A stretch of 64,000 bases of DNA, taken from positions 32,001-96,000 of IMG/VR virus record IMGVR_UViG_3300032282_006516; one strand, given 5' to 3'. A model generated the notes under the pieces. That model ran no database searches. It was given only the letters and a program-made list of their open reading frames with translations, and was not told the DNA's origin. The translations under genes were made by a program, and so were the position numbers. Origin of the DNA: a virus. This document shows, piece after piece, positions 8,841 through 17,077 of this stretch. The number at the start of each line of letters is the position of its first letter. Positions within the stretch are counted from its first letter, which is position 1.

Positions 8841-9215
8841 TCACTCGCTCACCGCTCCCAGCAGCAGAGCCTGTAACTGCTCCTGTGCCATGTCTCCTGG
8901 GAAGGTCAGCACTTTGGCGAGGGTGACACTGATGAGACGCAGTGGAACGTCCCAAGGGTCCGAGAGCCTCGCCCGCAAAAGAAGAAAGGGGCCCTGAGCG
9001 GCCACTGTACGTTCGGGATTAGTGAAAACAAGCTGCACGTCCGGAGGAAAAAAGTGCTGCAGTAGCATTCCCTGCAGCACCAGGATTCCCGCCGCAGGCG
9101 AGTACGTCAGTGACGGAAGGTCGAGACGCTCAAACTCCACACCGCCTGCGCACATGCGTTTTCGCGAGATGCGCGGACCGTATGCGATTGTTCCGGCCCA
9201 ACCTCCACCGCACAA
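8841..9215 (-). CDS. Hypothetical protein (probable TTG start at 9215)
   Basis: GGAG RBS before TTG; ends just before the terminator. Confidence 0.55.
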   Translation of the reverse strand: MCGGGWAGTIAYGPRISRKRMCAGGVEFERLDLPSLTYSPAAGILVLQGMLLQHFFPPDVQLVFTNPERTVAAQGPFLLLRARLSDPWDVPLRLISVTLAKVLTFPGDMAQEQLQALLLGAVSE

Positions 9216-9217
9216 CT

Positions 9218-9472
9218 CTACTCCGAAGGAATCTTCGTCCACCCCACGGGAAGTTGGAGCTTCTTCGGGGGCGGTTCGTTCATCACCTTCATCTTGTGCC
9301 GCTTGCATACGGGACACCTACCTACGTCAGGGTTTGTCGGGTCCTCCGGAATGACACTTCCCAGAGTCCACCCGGCACTCATGGCTTGTTCGAGGGCTGC
9401 TTTCCCGAAGCATCCGGGATGCGAGCACACGAGTTTGTACTCGAAGAACAGAGGGTTGACCATTTTGGGCAT
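9218..9472 (-). CDS. Small zinc-binding protein
   Basis: CSHPGC and CPVC motifs; 84 aa. Confidence 0.7.
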   Translation of the reverse strand: MPKMVNPLFFEYKLVCSHPGCFGKAALEQAMSAGWTLGSVIPEDPTNPDVGRCPVCKRHKMKVMNEPPPKKLQLPVGWTKIPSE

Positions 9473-9887
9473 GGTAGTTCTTCACCGCTTCCTTGATGGC
9501 CGCGAGGTACTCACGGCTCCCAGGATTGTACATGCGGACCCAGCCAAGCCTCTTGCAGTCCTTCTTGCAAAGAGACCGCATCAAACTGAGAAGGCGACCA
9601 ACACGATGAAGGTTGTACTGGGGGTTGAGCAGAGGCTGAACCGACGCCTCATCACAACGCGTATTGACCTGCCCCAGTCCGACTGAGCACGAGCCATTGT
9701 TTTCGTGCCGAACCGACCCCGAGCGCCAGTGTGTCTCTCGGTGGACGATGGCTTGAATCAACCAAGGGTCGAGCTTGTTCGTGTGCGCCTCGTGGAAAAC
9801 CCACTCAGCGTACTGCGCTGCCCGCGCTTCGGACAATCCCGGATTGCTCTGCCGAATGGCTTGCGCCAGGGCGAGTTCGATGAGCAT
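9327..9887 (-). CDS. Lytic transglycosylase (SLT-like) domain protein
   Basis: LDPWLIQAIVHRETHW (catalytic Glu), SVGLGQVN, NPQYNL and YNPG motifs. Confidence 0.75.
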   Translation of the reverse strand: MLIELALAQAIRQSNPGLSEARAAQYAEWVFHEAHTNKLDPWLIQAIVHRETHWRSGSVRHENNGSCSVGLGQVNTRCDEASVQPLLNPQYNLHRVGRLLSLMRSLCKKDCKRLGWVRMYNPGSREYLAAIKEAVKNYHAQNGQPSVLRVQTRVLASRMLRESSPRTSHECRVDSGKCHSGGPDKP

Positions 9888-10158
9888 CTGCTTTCTCCGC
9901 TAGTTGGATGACTTGTTCTAGGACTTCTTTTTTCGTGAGGTCGCGTGTGGGTTCCGCCGGACCAAGCGTCAGACGGCGCTCCAACAGCGCAACCCGAATC
10001 GCTTCACGTTGAATCGTGAGCAGCGATTTCAGCTCCTCGGTGGCTCGCGCCTCCAGGCGTTCCGCCACCGAAAAGCACATGGGGCAAACAAACACAGCGG
10101 CGAAGATTTTCGCCTCGTTCGGGTCAACCGGATTCTGGCAGTTGGTACAGGGGAGCAT
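9805..10158 (-). CDS. Hypothetical zinc-finger protein
   Basis: CTNC and CPMC motifs followed by coiled coil. Confidence 0.7.
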   Translation of the reverse strand: MLPCTNCQNPVDPNEAKIFAAVFVCPMCFSVAERLEARATEELKSLLTIQREAIRVALLERRLTLGPAEPTRDLTKKEVLEQVIQLAEKADAHRTRPGASHSAEQSGIVRSAGSAVR

Positions 10159-10384
10159 CTCCCCACTTTACCTCACCGTCGTACTCAACACACTTCACAA
10201 GTCGCGCCTCAAGCGAGAGAACCGCGGCGCTGACGTTTACCAGAACAAGGTGTCCGCTCGACTTCCACACCGCGCCCTTGATGACATTATCGAGAGCGTG
10301 GCGCGGCATATCCGGAAAGACATACTTCGCGCCAAGGTGCGTCTCTACAGTCACTGTGACCAGGTCATGCCCCATCGCCGACAT
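10124..10384 (-). CDS. Hypothetical protein
   Basis: 86 aa in operon. Confidence 0.6.
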   Translation of the reverse strand: MSAMGHDLVTVTVETHLGAKYVFPDMPRHALDNVIKGAVWKSSGHLVLVNVSAAVLSLEARLVKCVEYDGEVKWGDAPLYQLPESG

Positions 10385-10907
10385 CGTCCGTCCCCGTCTT
10401 CACCGCGAACACGCGGATGGTAGTAGGCGCCTTGCGCATGATGCGCTTCTGCGTTTCCGTGAGACTCTCCGCAACGCACTTGAGAAGCGCCTCCTGCTCG
10501 AAGCCAGCTGCGTCAGCCGCAACCTTGGCGTTGAGCGCCGAGTACTCGCTGCGGATGCGGAAGATGAACTGGTCCATCATCGCGTCTGCAACGTGAGCGT
10601 GCGCCTCGCAGAAAACTGGCTGCTGCATCATGTCCACCACGCGCTTGTAGCGCGGAGGCGCCGCAAAGTAGCTGCGTAGCCAGTCCCACCCACCACGCGA
10701 CCGTTGTAGCAGCGGCGCCGGATAACGAGCGACCTCGCCGCAAACACATTTGGGGGCGGCGTCGTAATCGGCTCGCGCACGGTCTTCGAACTTCTGTTGT
10801 TCTTCCCGCCGCGTCGGCTTGTGGAAATGCGTCATTAGGGCGCGAACCATCACCGCGCCCATGATGCCAGCACAAAGCACAAGGAAAACTCCCTGCGTGG
10901 TATCCAT
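10365..10907 (-). CDS. Membrane-anchored hypothetical protein (start MDTTQG)
   Basis: N-terminal hydrophobic helix GVFLVLCAGIMGAVMVRAL; CVCG and CEAH motifs. Confidence 0.7.
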   Translation of the reverse strand: MDTTQGVFLVLCAGIMGAVMVRALMTHFHKPTRREEQQKFEDRARADYDAAPKCVCGEVARYPAPLLQRSRGGWDWLRSYFAAPPRYKRVVDMMQQPVFCEAHAHVADAMMDQFIFRIRSEYSALNAKVAADAAGFEQEALLKCVAESLTETQKRIMRKAPTTIRVFAVKTGTDDVGDGA

Positions 10908-10932
10908 TCGCGTACTCCTTGAACTTGTTTTA

Positions 10933-11253
10933 CTACAACGCCAACAAGGCGTCGCGGTCCCGACGCAAATGCTCTTCGCGCTCAATCTTTTGCAAGAGAG
11001 CCTGAAGGCCGAGAAGATGCTGCACCAACTCCGCGCGCAGATATTCCGTCTGCACGGTCAGCGCTTCCAACGCGCGCTCGGCGTGCTGTTCTGCACGCCG
11101 AAGCTCAAGAAGCGCGTAGAACTGCCCGTCGTCCAAGAGTTGTTGGATGACGGGGTCTACCTGATTTCGCCGAAGTACTTCTTCCGGCAACGTGCGGGTG
11201 AAGTGACCGATGTCGAGCAGCCGCGCGACGAACTCCAGCTCCGTCAGTGTCAC
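10933..11253 (-). CDS. Hypothetical coiled-coil protein (GTG start)
   Basis: GTGA overlap with upstream stop; helical heptad pattern. Confidence 0.65.
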   Translation of the reverse strand: MTLTELEFVARLLDIGHFTRTLPEEVLRRNQVDPVIQQLLDDGQFYALLELRRAEQHAERALEALTVQTEYLRAELVQHLLGLQALLQKIEREEHLRRDRDALLAL

Positions 11254-11648
11254 GGCTGCACGAAGTAGTCGTCCACCGGTGTCCACCCCAGCAACGCCCC
11301 AGGGTCCGGCGTCACCAGGATGTTCACGGCGTTCTTCGTTTTCTGCCGCACCACACCCAAGACATCCGCCTTGGAAACGGGACGGGTCAGAAACTGGATG
11401 AAGTACCGAAGCTCCGGCGGCCACGTCTTAGGAAAACTCACGCCTGGGGGGAGAGGTGCGTTCGGGTCCTGCCACTGAACCCACAGGCTGTAGCGCTTTA
11501 CGCCGTTCGCCTTCTCGATGTCCTGAAGCGCCGTTTCCAAGACAAGCGCCTTGTCCTGGTTGACGCTGCCGTCCGAGTTCAGCGTGCCCTGCTGCGCCAG
11601 GGAGATGAGCGCTTCGTACTGTTCCTGCGTAAGCGTGAACGTGGCCAT
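11250..11648 (-). CDS. Hypothetical protein
   Basis: 132 aa with RBS; coupled to next gene. Confidence 0.75.
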   Translation of the reverse strand: MATFTLTQEQYEALISLAQQGTLNSDGSVNQDKALVLETALQDIEKANGVKRYSLWVQWQDPNAPLPPGVSFPKTWPPELRYFIQFLTRPVSKADVLGVVRQKTKNAVNILVTPDPGALLGWTPVDDYFVQP

Positions 11649-11660
11649 GCCGAGAGCCTA

Positions 11661-12344
11661 CTACTCCTTGCCCTGAGCGAGAAAGCGCCGGAGAAGGCCC
11701 CTGGCCCGCTCCTTCAGTTCAGCAACTGTGCCGTCGTTCAGCAACACCGCGTCAAAAAGACTCGGGTCGATGCTTTCTTGCTCGGTTTCGCTCGCATGTT
11801 GCCCCGCCACGCCGCGGAGCCCCGCAGACGGTCGCTCCAAGCGCCAAACAATGCCGCCACCGCGTCGAATCGCATCGACTTCATTCTTGAAACGAACGTC
11901 CGGAATGATGACGCCCTTCGGCGCCAGCCACGCCGGCTGGATACCCGTCTGGGCGGTGTAGTTCAGCGTCCGCGCGGTGCCTGCAGAATCTAGGAGCGTG
12001 GTTGCCGCGCGCAGAGCGTAGTCAATCCACACGTTCTCGTAGCACGCCCTTCCCCACTCTGTACCGAGCTGCTGGAGGGCGTACCGCGGTGTCAGAAAGC
12101 CCTGGAAGTCATGCGCGCCACTGCCTTCCGGTGCTCGACTCCACTCCGATGGATAGCGCGTATCGGGCGCGTTTCGCTTCTCACTCGGCCCCCAAAGCTG
12201 TTCGTCGGTAAAGGCGAACACATCTTTGCAGAACCGCTTGAGCGGGTCGGCCAGGGAGACTTTCGTAAAACCGAAGTCTTTGACCAGGGCGTCCGCTGCG
12301 GTGTCCTTGCCGCTTCCGGCGAGGCCGCACAGACCCAAAATCAC
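11661..12344 (-). CDS. Deoxynucleoside monophosphate kinase
   Basis: ILGLCGLAGSGKDT P-loop, SLADPLK, TPRYALQQLGTEWGR, IIPDVRFKNE, HASE, LLNDGT. Confidence 0.92.
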   Translation of the reverse strand: MILGLCGLAGSGKDTAADALVKDFGFTKVSLADPLKRFCKDVFAFTDEQLWGPSEKRNAPDTRYPSEWSRAPEGSGAHDFQGFLTPRYALQQLGTEWGRACYENVWIDYALRAATTLLDSAGTARTLNYTAQTGIQPAWLAPKGVIIPDVRFKNEVDAIRRGGGIVWRLERPSAGLRGVAGQHASETEQESIDPSLFDAVLLNDGTVAELKERARGLLRRFLAQGKE

Positions 12345-12649
12345 AGGAGCACCTCGATACCGGCCACCCGCGCACGGCGAAGCAGCACGTCCCGACGACC
12401 GCCCTGACGCCACACGCGGCCGTCCGAGATGTCGAGGAAATGCGTACCGTCCTGCGTGCGCAGGCGCCCCGTCAACGGACCTTCGGACACCGGCTGTTCA
12501 GCCGGAGCGGTCACAACAATCTGCGAACCCAGAAGGTTCAGCATGTCCTGCGCGGCCGTTTGAATTGCAATCTTAACGTACGCTTCCAGGTCATCGACGA
12601 AACGAAGAACGTGCGGCGCGATGGACTGGTTCAGTTGCTCGTGTGTCAT
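12341..12649 (-). CDS. Hypothetical protein
   Basis: 102 aa, coupled on both sides. Confidence 0.65.
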   Translation of the reverse strand: MTHEQLNQSIAPHVLRFVDDLEAYVKIAIQTAAQDMLNLLGSQIVVTAPAEQPVSEGPLTGRLRTQDGTHFLDISDGRVWRQGGRRDVLLRRARVAGIEVLL

Positions 12650-14004
12650 GTGAACTCCTTGTGGTCGGAAGATTGCAGCCGGGACACGATAATGCCCACG
12701 CGCTCAAGAAGTTCAAGCGATTCTTTTCGCCGGTAATCTTGGGCGTACCAAACGCGCACGACTCCACCGAGATTGATGAGACGTTTCGCACACATCAAGC
12801 AGGGCAGGTGCGTGCAGAAAACAATCTTCGGCGTGTCGCGGGGCACGTCGCAGTTGATGACCGCGTTCTCTTCTGCGTGAAGGCAGTTTTGCGCTACCAT
12901 GCCTGCATTCCCGGCGGCGTACCACCCCGACCGGGTCTGAAGGTTGTACACATGGCCCGCCCACTCCTTGCGCTCGATGAGCCGGACCTTGTTCGACGCT
13001 ACCTTGAGGGGGACACTGTTCTGTCCCTGGCAGCGCGGTACAAGGTCTCGCACACGACCATCCAAAACCGCCTGCGCAAACACGGCGTCCTTCGCCAAAT
13101 GGCCGAGGACCTGCGCCGGCATAAGAGCGCCTCGCGGCTGCGCCTCCCCATCGAAGACCTCGTGCGCCGCTACAACGCCGGAGAATCCGCCAACGGCCTC
13201 GCGGCTGTATTCCACGTAAGCCGTGGTGCTATCGAACGCCGTCTTCAAGAGGCGGGAGTTCTCGACATCGAGCGGCGAACTACGCGCCGCTCCCGACGGG
13301 CGCGCGAAGTCGATGGCCGAGTGCGCCGGGCCTTGAACGCCGAGAAGCGGGGGACGCTCCAGGGCAGCGGGGAGGCTTGGTTGGTCGAAGAGACACAGAA
13401 AGCCGGACTCTTCGTAGAACCTCAGAAAGCAGTCGGAGGATACAACCTCGACCTCCTGGTCGAGCACACCGTCGCCGTGGAACTGATGACGGGCGCCAGC
13501 ATGCCGTACCAACCGGCCCGCTATGGCGAGCGACTCAAATACCTGCTCGACAGGCACACGCTTTTGGTCGTGTGGAGCTGCGGACGACACACCCTCGTCC
13601 CAGCAGGCGTGCAAAAGCTCGTCGCCCTCTTGAAGAGTCTCTGCAGCAACCCAACCCCGCCCAAGCACCAGTACTGGGTGATTCGGGGTGACGGTGAAGT
13701 CGTCGTACGCGGTGACCAGCCGTACGACCGTGCCCTCGTACCAGCGGCGGTACGCGCGTTCGACCGACAGTGCCGTCGTAAGCGTACCTGACACAAAACA
13801 GCCACAGTTTCCTACCGCGGCTTCACCGTGCACGTCGCAGTCGTTGTCGCACCCTGCCGCGTTGCCGTTGTACCCGACAGCCAGCACCTTTCTGAAATCG
13901 GGCGTAACAATCGCGCAACCCACACGCAGGCGACGACACGTCGAACGCTCGCTCATGCTGGAAGCGAGACGCATGTAAATGTCTTGAAACGAAGGACGCA
14001 TCAA
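12646..14004 (-). CDS. dCMP deaminase interrupted by an intein (147-aa mature enzyme)
   Basis: RSTCRRLRVGCAIV, VGYNG, HAEENAV and THLPCLMCAK zinc motifs; 305-aa insert immediately before CLHAE. Confidence 0.92.
   Translation of the reverse strand: MMRPSFQDIYMRLASSMSERSTCRRLRVGCAIVTPDFRKVLAVGYNGNAAGCDNDCDVHGEAAVGNCGCFVSGTLTTALSVERAYRRWYEGTVVRLVTAYDDFTVTPNHPVLVLGRGWVAAETLQEGDELLHACWDEGVSSAAPHDQKRVPVEQVFESLAIAGRLVRHAGARHQFHGDGVLDQEVEVVSSDCFLRFYEESGFLCLFDQPSLPAALERPPLLGVQGPAHSAIDFARPSGAARSSPLDVENSRLLKTAFDSTTAYVEYSREAVGGFSGVVAAHEVFDGEAQPRGALMPAQVLGHLAKDAVFAQAVLDGRVRDLVPRCQGQNSVPLKVASNKVRLIERKEWAGHVYNLQTRSGWYAAGNAGMVAQNCLHAEENAVINCDVPRDTPKIVFCTHLPCLMCAKRLINLGGVVRVWYAQDYRRKESLELLERVGIIVSRLQSSDHKEFT
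12886..13800 (-). mobile_element. Intein, 305 aa (Cys1 ... Gln-Asn | Cys+1)
   Basis: Block A CFVSGT, block B TVTPNHPVL, WVAAETLQEGDEL, block F HVYNLQT, C-terminal VAQN followed by Cys. Confidence 0.92.
12952..13791 (+). CDS. Antisense-encoded HTH-HTH-DUF559/Vsr-like PD-(D/E)xK endonuclease nested inside the intein
   Basis: Two HTH repeats (DLVRRYLEGDTVLSLAARYKVSHTTIQNRL; DLVRRYNAGESANGLAAVFHVSRGAIERRL) and GEAWL...PQKAVGGYNLDLLVEHTVAVEL; ATG 12952 with GAAGG upstream. Confidence 0.78.
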   Translation: MARPLLALDEPDLVRRYLEGDTVLSLAARYKVSHTTIQNRLRKHGVLRQMAEDLRRHKSASRLRLPIEDLVRRYNAGESANGLAAVFHVSRGAIERRLQEAGVLDIERRTTRRSRRAREVDGRVRRALNAEKRGTLQGSGEAWLVEETQKAGLFVEPQKAVGGYNLDLLVEHTVAVELMTGASMPYQPARYGERLKYLLDRHTLLVVWSCGRHTLVPAGVQKLVALLKSLCSNPTPPKHQYWVIRGDGEVVVRGDQPYDRALVPAAVRAFDRQCRRKRT

Positions 14005-14309
14005 AGGGCTCCTCGGGCGGCTAAAACTTCGCGCATCACATCCCGTGCGTAGTCACAAGCGCGGCGCTGTACGCGCCACGCAAGCGGGCTACCGGCGTAG
14101 GACACCCCAAAAACTTCGGGGCGTGTGAACTCCTTGTCGTAGTGCTGCGGTCCGTCTTCACGCGACGGCCACACCACACGCAGCGTGAACTCCCCGTCCT
14201 TGCCGGGAAGAAAGTCTACGGACGTAGCGTAGGTTGCGCGCCGGATAGGGTCGGCCCACCCACGCAGCTGCCCGCAAAGAGTTTGAAGAAGTACCGTACC
14301 TCGGTCCAT
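14001..14309 (-). CDS. Hypothetical protein
   Basis: 102 aa; stop overlaps the deaminase start. Confidence 0.65.
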   Translation of the reverse strand: MDRGTVLLQTLCGQLRGWADPIRRATYATSVDFLPGKDGEFTLRVVWPSREDGPQHYDKEFTRPEVFGVSYAGSPLAWRVQRRACDYARDVMREVLAARGAL

Positions 14310-14318
14310 ACTGCCTCC

Positions 14319-14771
14319 GTGGCGCGCGACCTACGGTACATCACGAGCGAACGCTTTATCCACGATGACCTCGCGGCACGCGCGGCTGACATGGCGAAGG
14401 AAGCTCTACAGCAGTGGCGAAAAGAACGCCGCATCGAGAGCTTCGCCATCAGCTGGCCCAGCGAGCACATCGTTGGAGACGACGGTTCGACCATCACGCA
14501 CGCGGTGCTTATGCCGCTGCGCGGTGACTTAGACGAAGGGGCGAAGCACGCAGCGCTGACGCGGATGGTCGAGAAGACCAAAGCGTACGGACTCGTCGTG
14601 ATTGAGCGTCGTCAGAACGAAATCCGCGTGCTCTTTGAAACGCACCATGGCGCCCGAGCCTGGATTACTCCGCTCAAGCGCCATGGGGACCTCCTTGTTC
14701 CTGGGAGGACGCAGGTGCGCGATAACGCCGAGTGTCTGGGATTTCTCTGGCGTCCGCAGCTCGTCAGCTAG
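14319..14771 (+). CDS. Hypothetical protein (start uncertain, 14319 or 14391)
   Basis: Protein-like composition; converges tail-to-tail on the next gene. Confidence 0.6.
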   Translation: MARDLRYITSERFIHDDLAARAADMAKEALQQWRKERRIESFAISWPSEHIVGDDGSTITHAVLMPLRGDLDEGAKHAALTRMVEKTKAYGLVVIERRQNEIRVLFETHHGARAWITPLKRHGDLLVPGRTQVRDNAECLGFLWRPQLVS

Positions 14772-14772
14772 T

Positions 14773-15426
14773 TCAGCTCGCGCCGGGAATCGGGAAGCCG
14801 ACCGCGATGGCTGCCTTCTTGAGACGCTCGTGCTGCGCACGCTCCTCCGCCGAAAGCGTGGTCTCGTCGATGAGACCGTTGCCGCTACGCGCCTGAATCT
14901 CCTCGACCACGCCGGTCTCGGGCGTATCCAGGGTCACGCGCGTTGCCGCATCACGCGCCACGGTGCGCGCATTCAGGTAGTACTCCGCCGTCGCCGCCGC
15001 GTACGCGCGCTGCTCCATCTCGTTGAGCGAACCGGCGTTGCGGTACGCCGAGATGACCGTCGCCGCGGCGTGCTGGCGAACCGTCGACGGGTCATTCGTC
15101 GCGTCGTCCTGCGCAGCCGCCGTCGCCCGACCCGCCTTGACCGCCTTGACCGCCTTCTTCGCGGCCTTGGCCGGCTTCACCGCCTTGGCAGGCTTCGTGG
15201 CCTTAGCGGGCTTCTTTTCCGCCTTGTCAGCCTTGGCCGCCTTGACGGCCTTCTTCACCGCCGGCGCTCCGCCGAAGTGCTTCTCCGCCGTGGTGCGGGC
15301 CTTCTCCTTGTCCGCATCCGACCAATCCGACTTGCCGATGGCACGACGCGCGCCGACGAGACCGGCGTACTTCCCGGCCTTGAGGTTGATGGCGAACTTC
15401 TCCGGGCTGAGCTTCTCGTAGTTCAT
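14773..15426 (-). CDS. Lys/Ala-rich histone H1-like DNA-binding protein
   Basis: Central KKAVKAAKADKAEKKPAKATKPAKAVKPAKAAKKAVKAVKAG repeat; GGAG RBS. Confidence 0.7.
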   Translation of the reverse strand: MNYEKLSPEKFAINLKAGKYAGLVGARRAIGKSDWSDADKEKARTTAEKHFGGAPAVKKAVKAAKADKAEKKPAKATKPAKAVKPAKAAKKAVKAVKAGRATAAAQDDATNDPSTVRQHAAATVISAYRNAGSLNEMEQRAYAAATAEYYLNARTVARDAATRVTLDTPETGVVEEIQARSGNGLIDETTLSAEERAQHERLKKAAIAVGFPIPGAS

Positions 15427-15603
15427 GTCTGAAAGTCTCCTGCGTGAGCACCGTTAGTGGCGGCTCAATACTCCATTGTGGAGGGCTTGTAGAAATACTA
15501 CCGCCTGCAACGATGTCAACCTCTCTTCTGAAAGAAGAGAGGGCTCGACAGCCTTGTACCGCAAGTAGTACGACATTTTGGGTACAAGAACCGTGGAGGT
15601 CGT

Positions 15604-15807
15604 ATGGCCAAGAAAATGGTGTTCATCTGTGATGGTTCGTCGTGCGGTGCAATTCTCGTCAACCCGAGCGACGGGTTCGTTCTCCGGGGCAGCATTCGTG
15701 CAACCGCTCTGGAAGAGGCGGGAGCGCTCGCGCCCCTCGTAACTACGGGGGAAAACGAAGAAACCGCACTCTGCCGGGAGTGCATGATGAAGGCGCTGAA
15801 GCTCTAG
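15604..15807 (+). CDS. Small zinc-binding protein
   Basis: CDGSSC and CREC motifs; strong GGAGG RBS. Confidence 0.75.
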   Translation: MAKKMVFICDGSSCGAILVNPSDGFVLRGSIRATALEEAGALAPLVTTGENEETALCRECMMKALKL

Positions 15808-15815
15808 GTGCAGCC

Positions 15816-16679
15816 ATGATGGATTATGGAAGGGCCATCGCCTGGCTCAACGCACCGCGAAGGAAAGACCGTACGCGCATCGGGCACGAGACATACCTCT
15901 CCCGGACTCAAGAGGGTGTTGCCCTAGAGTATCGAGAGAGTTTCATCGTGACGTACCGCCCAAATGGGGACCTGTGGTTCCACAACCGCGGCTACCAGAC
16001 ACGGACGACTAAGGACCGGTACAACCGATTCTTGCCGCCAAACTTCTGGGTGTACGAACACGACAAGTTGTGGTTTCTGCAAACGCCCGCGGGAACGCGG
16101 CCGTTTCGGAACGGGATGGTCGTGAAGCCCTCAGGGCGGGTCGAAGGGTTTCCGGCGCCATTCTATGAGATTGACGCGCGAGACCTCTACGACCGCACCC
16201 GGCGGTACGCTCGCGACTACACCGACGTACTTACCCGTGGTCTTATCAACCGACCGCGCGGCGAAGGGGATTGCCCCAAATGCTACGACGTTCTCTTTGA
16301 GCTTACTGGCGGAAACACAATCCACGACGAGGCGGCCGTCCAACGGCACCTGTTGGAACATGTGCAAGAGCAGAGCACACCCGGCTCATTGATAGCGCTC
16401 GCCGCAGCGCGACACGCCGTGCGCGGTTACCCAACCAGCACTGGAGGGCTGTTCCGGTACTCGCCGTCGTTCGCGGCGGTTGTTGAAGTCTGCTGGCCAG
16501 ATTCGCAAAAGCTGCGAAAGAAGCCACGGACGAAAGCAGAGAAAATCGAGCAGGTTGAACTACGTATGCTGCGAAATAGCGACGTAGCCCTGCCGAACAT
16601 CCAACCACGGTACTGGCGAAGAGAAATCGCCAGCGTTCTAAAGCACTTCTTGCTGGAGAAGTTCGAGTTCAGCGTATGA
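15816..16679 (+). CDS. Hypothetical protein (start MMDYG)
   Basis: About 287 aa with CPKC motif; follows the previous gene after a GGTG RBS. Confidence 0.75.
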   Translation: MMDYGRAIAWLNAPRRKDRTRIGHETYLSRTQEGVALEYRESFIVTYRPNGDLWFHNRGYQTRTTKDRYNRFLPPNFWVYEHDKLWFLQTPAGTRPFRNGMVVKPSGRVEGFPAPFYEIDARDLYDRTRRYARDYTDVLTRGLINRPRGEGDCPKCYDVLFELTGGNTIHDEAAVQRHLLEHVQEQSTPGSLIALAAARHAVRGYPTSTGGLFRYSPSFAAVVEVCWPDSQKLRKKPRTKAEKIEQVELRMLRNSDVALPNIQPRYWRREIASVLKHFLLEKFEFSV

Positions 16680-17077
16680 AACGCGTTTACGAGCGTACCG
16701 TACGAGCCTGGCTCGTCTTAGAAGACGACGCTGCGGTGTTGTTTGAGCTGCTGCGCAGTGCCGTACGGCGCGCCCGTAAAGACAAGGCCCCGACTACCCA
16801 GAGTGAGGTAGTCGGGGCCATCGTAACGGCGTATTGTCTTAGCCACCGGATGGACATCCTGGAGCACTTACCCAATGAGTTCGAACGGCAGCGCTTTGAA
16901 GAGGCTCTTCAATCCCACCGCGTCGTCACCCGACTACCTCGCTCCCATCGCGCCAACCGTCTTCGACCAAGAGGTGACGTTCCCTCGGTTCCCGACGCTG
17001 CAGGAGCAACTGGCGCACCTGAACGGAACAGCGCCCCATCCGTTGATGGAAGTGGGCGTGGCACCCCCACCTCCTGA
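16676..17077 (+). CDS. Hypothetical, possibly DNA-binding protein
   Basis: ATGA coupling; first ~85 aa protein-like; tail overlaps the next ORF. Confidence 0.55.
   Translation: MKRVYERTVRAWLVLEDDAAVLFELLRSAVRRARKDKAPTTQSEVVGAIVTAYCLSHRMDILEHLPNEFERQRFEEALQSHRVVTRLPRSHRANRLRPRGDVPSVPDAAGATGAPERNSAPSVDGSGRGTPTS

Noticed and set aside
12643-12951. N-terminal 103 aa of the ORF-track version of the antisense nuclease
   Set aside because: Overlaps the deaminase C-extein and has no recognisable features; ATG 12952 with an upstream GAAGG directly precedes the first HTH
15427-15603. tRNA, structured ncRNA or sigma70 promoter in the largest intergenic gap
   Set aside because: Only short hairpins and no cloverleaf; the minus-strand TTGACA has no TAnnnT at 16-18 nt spacing
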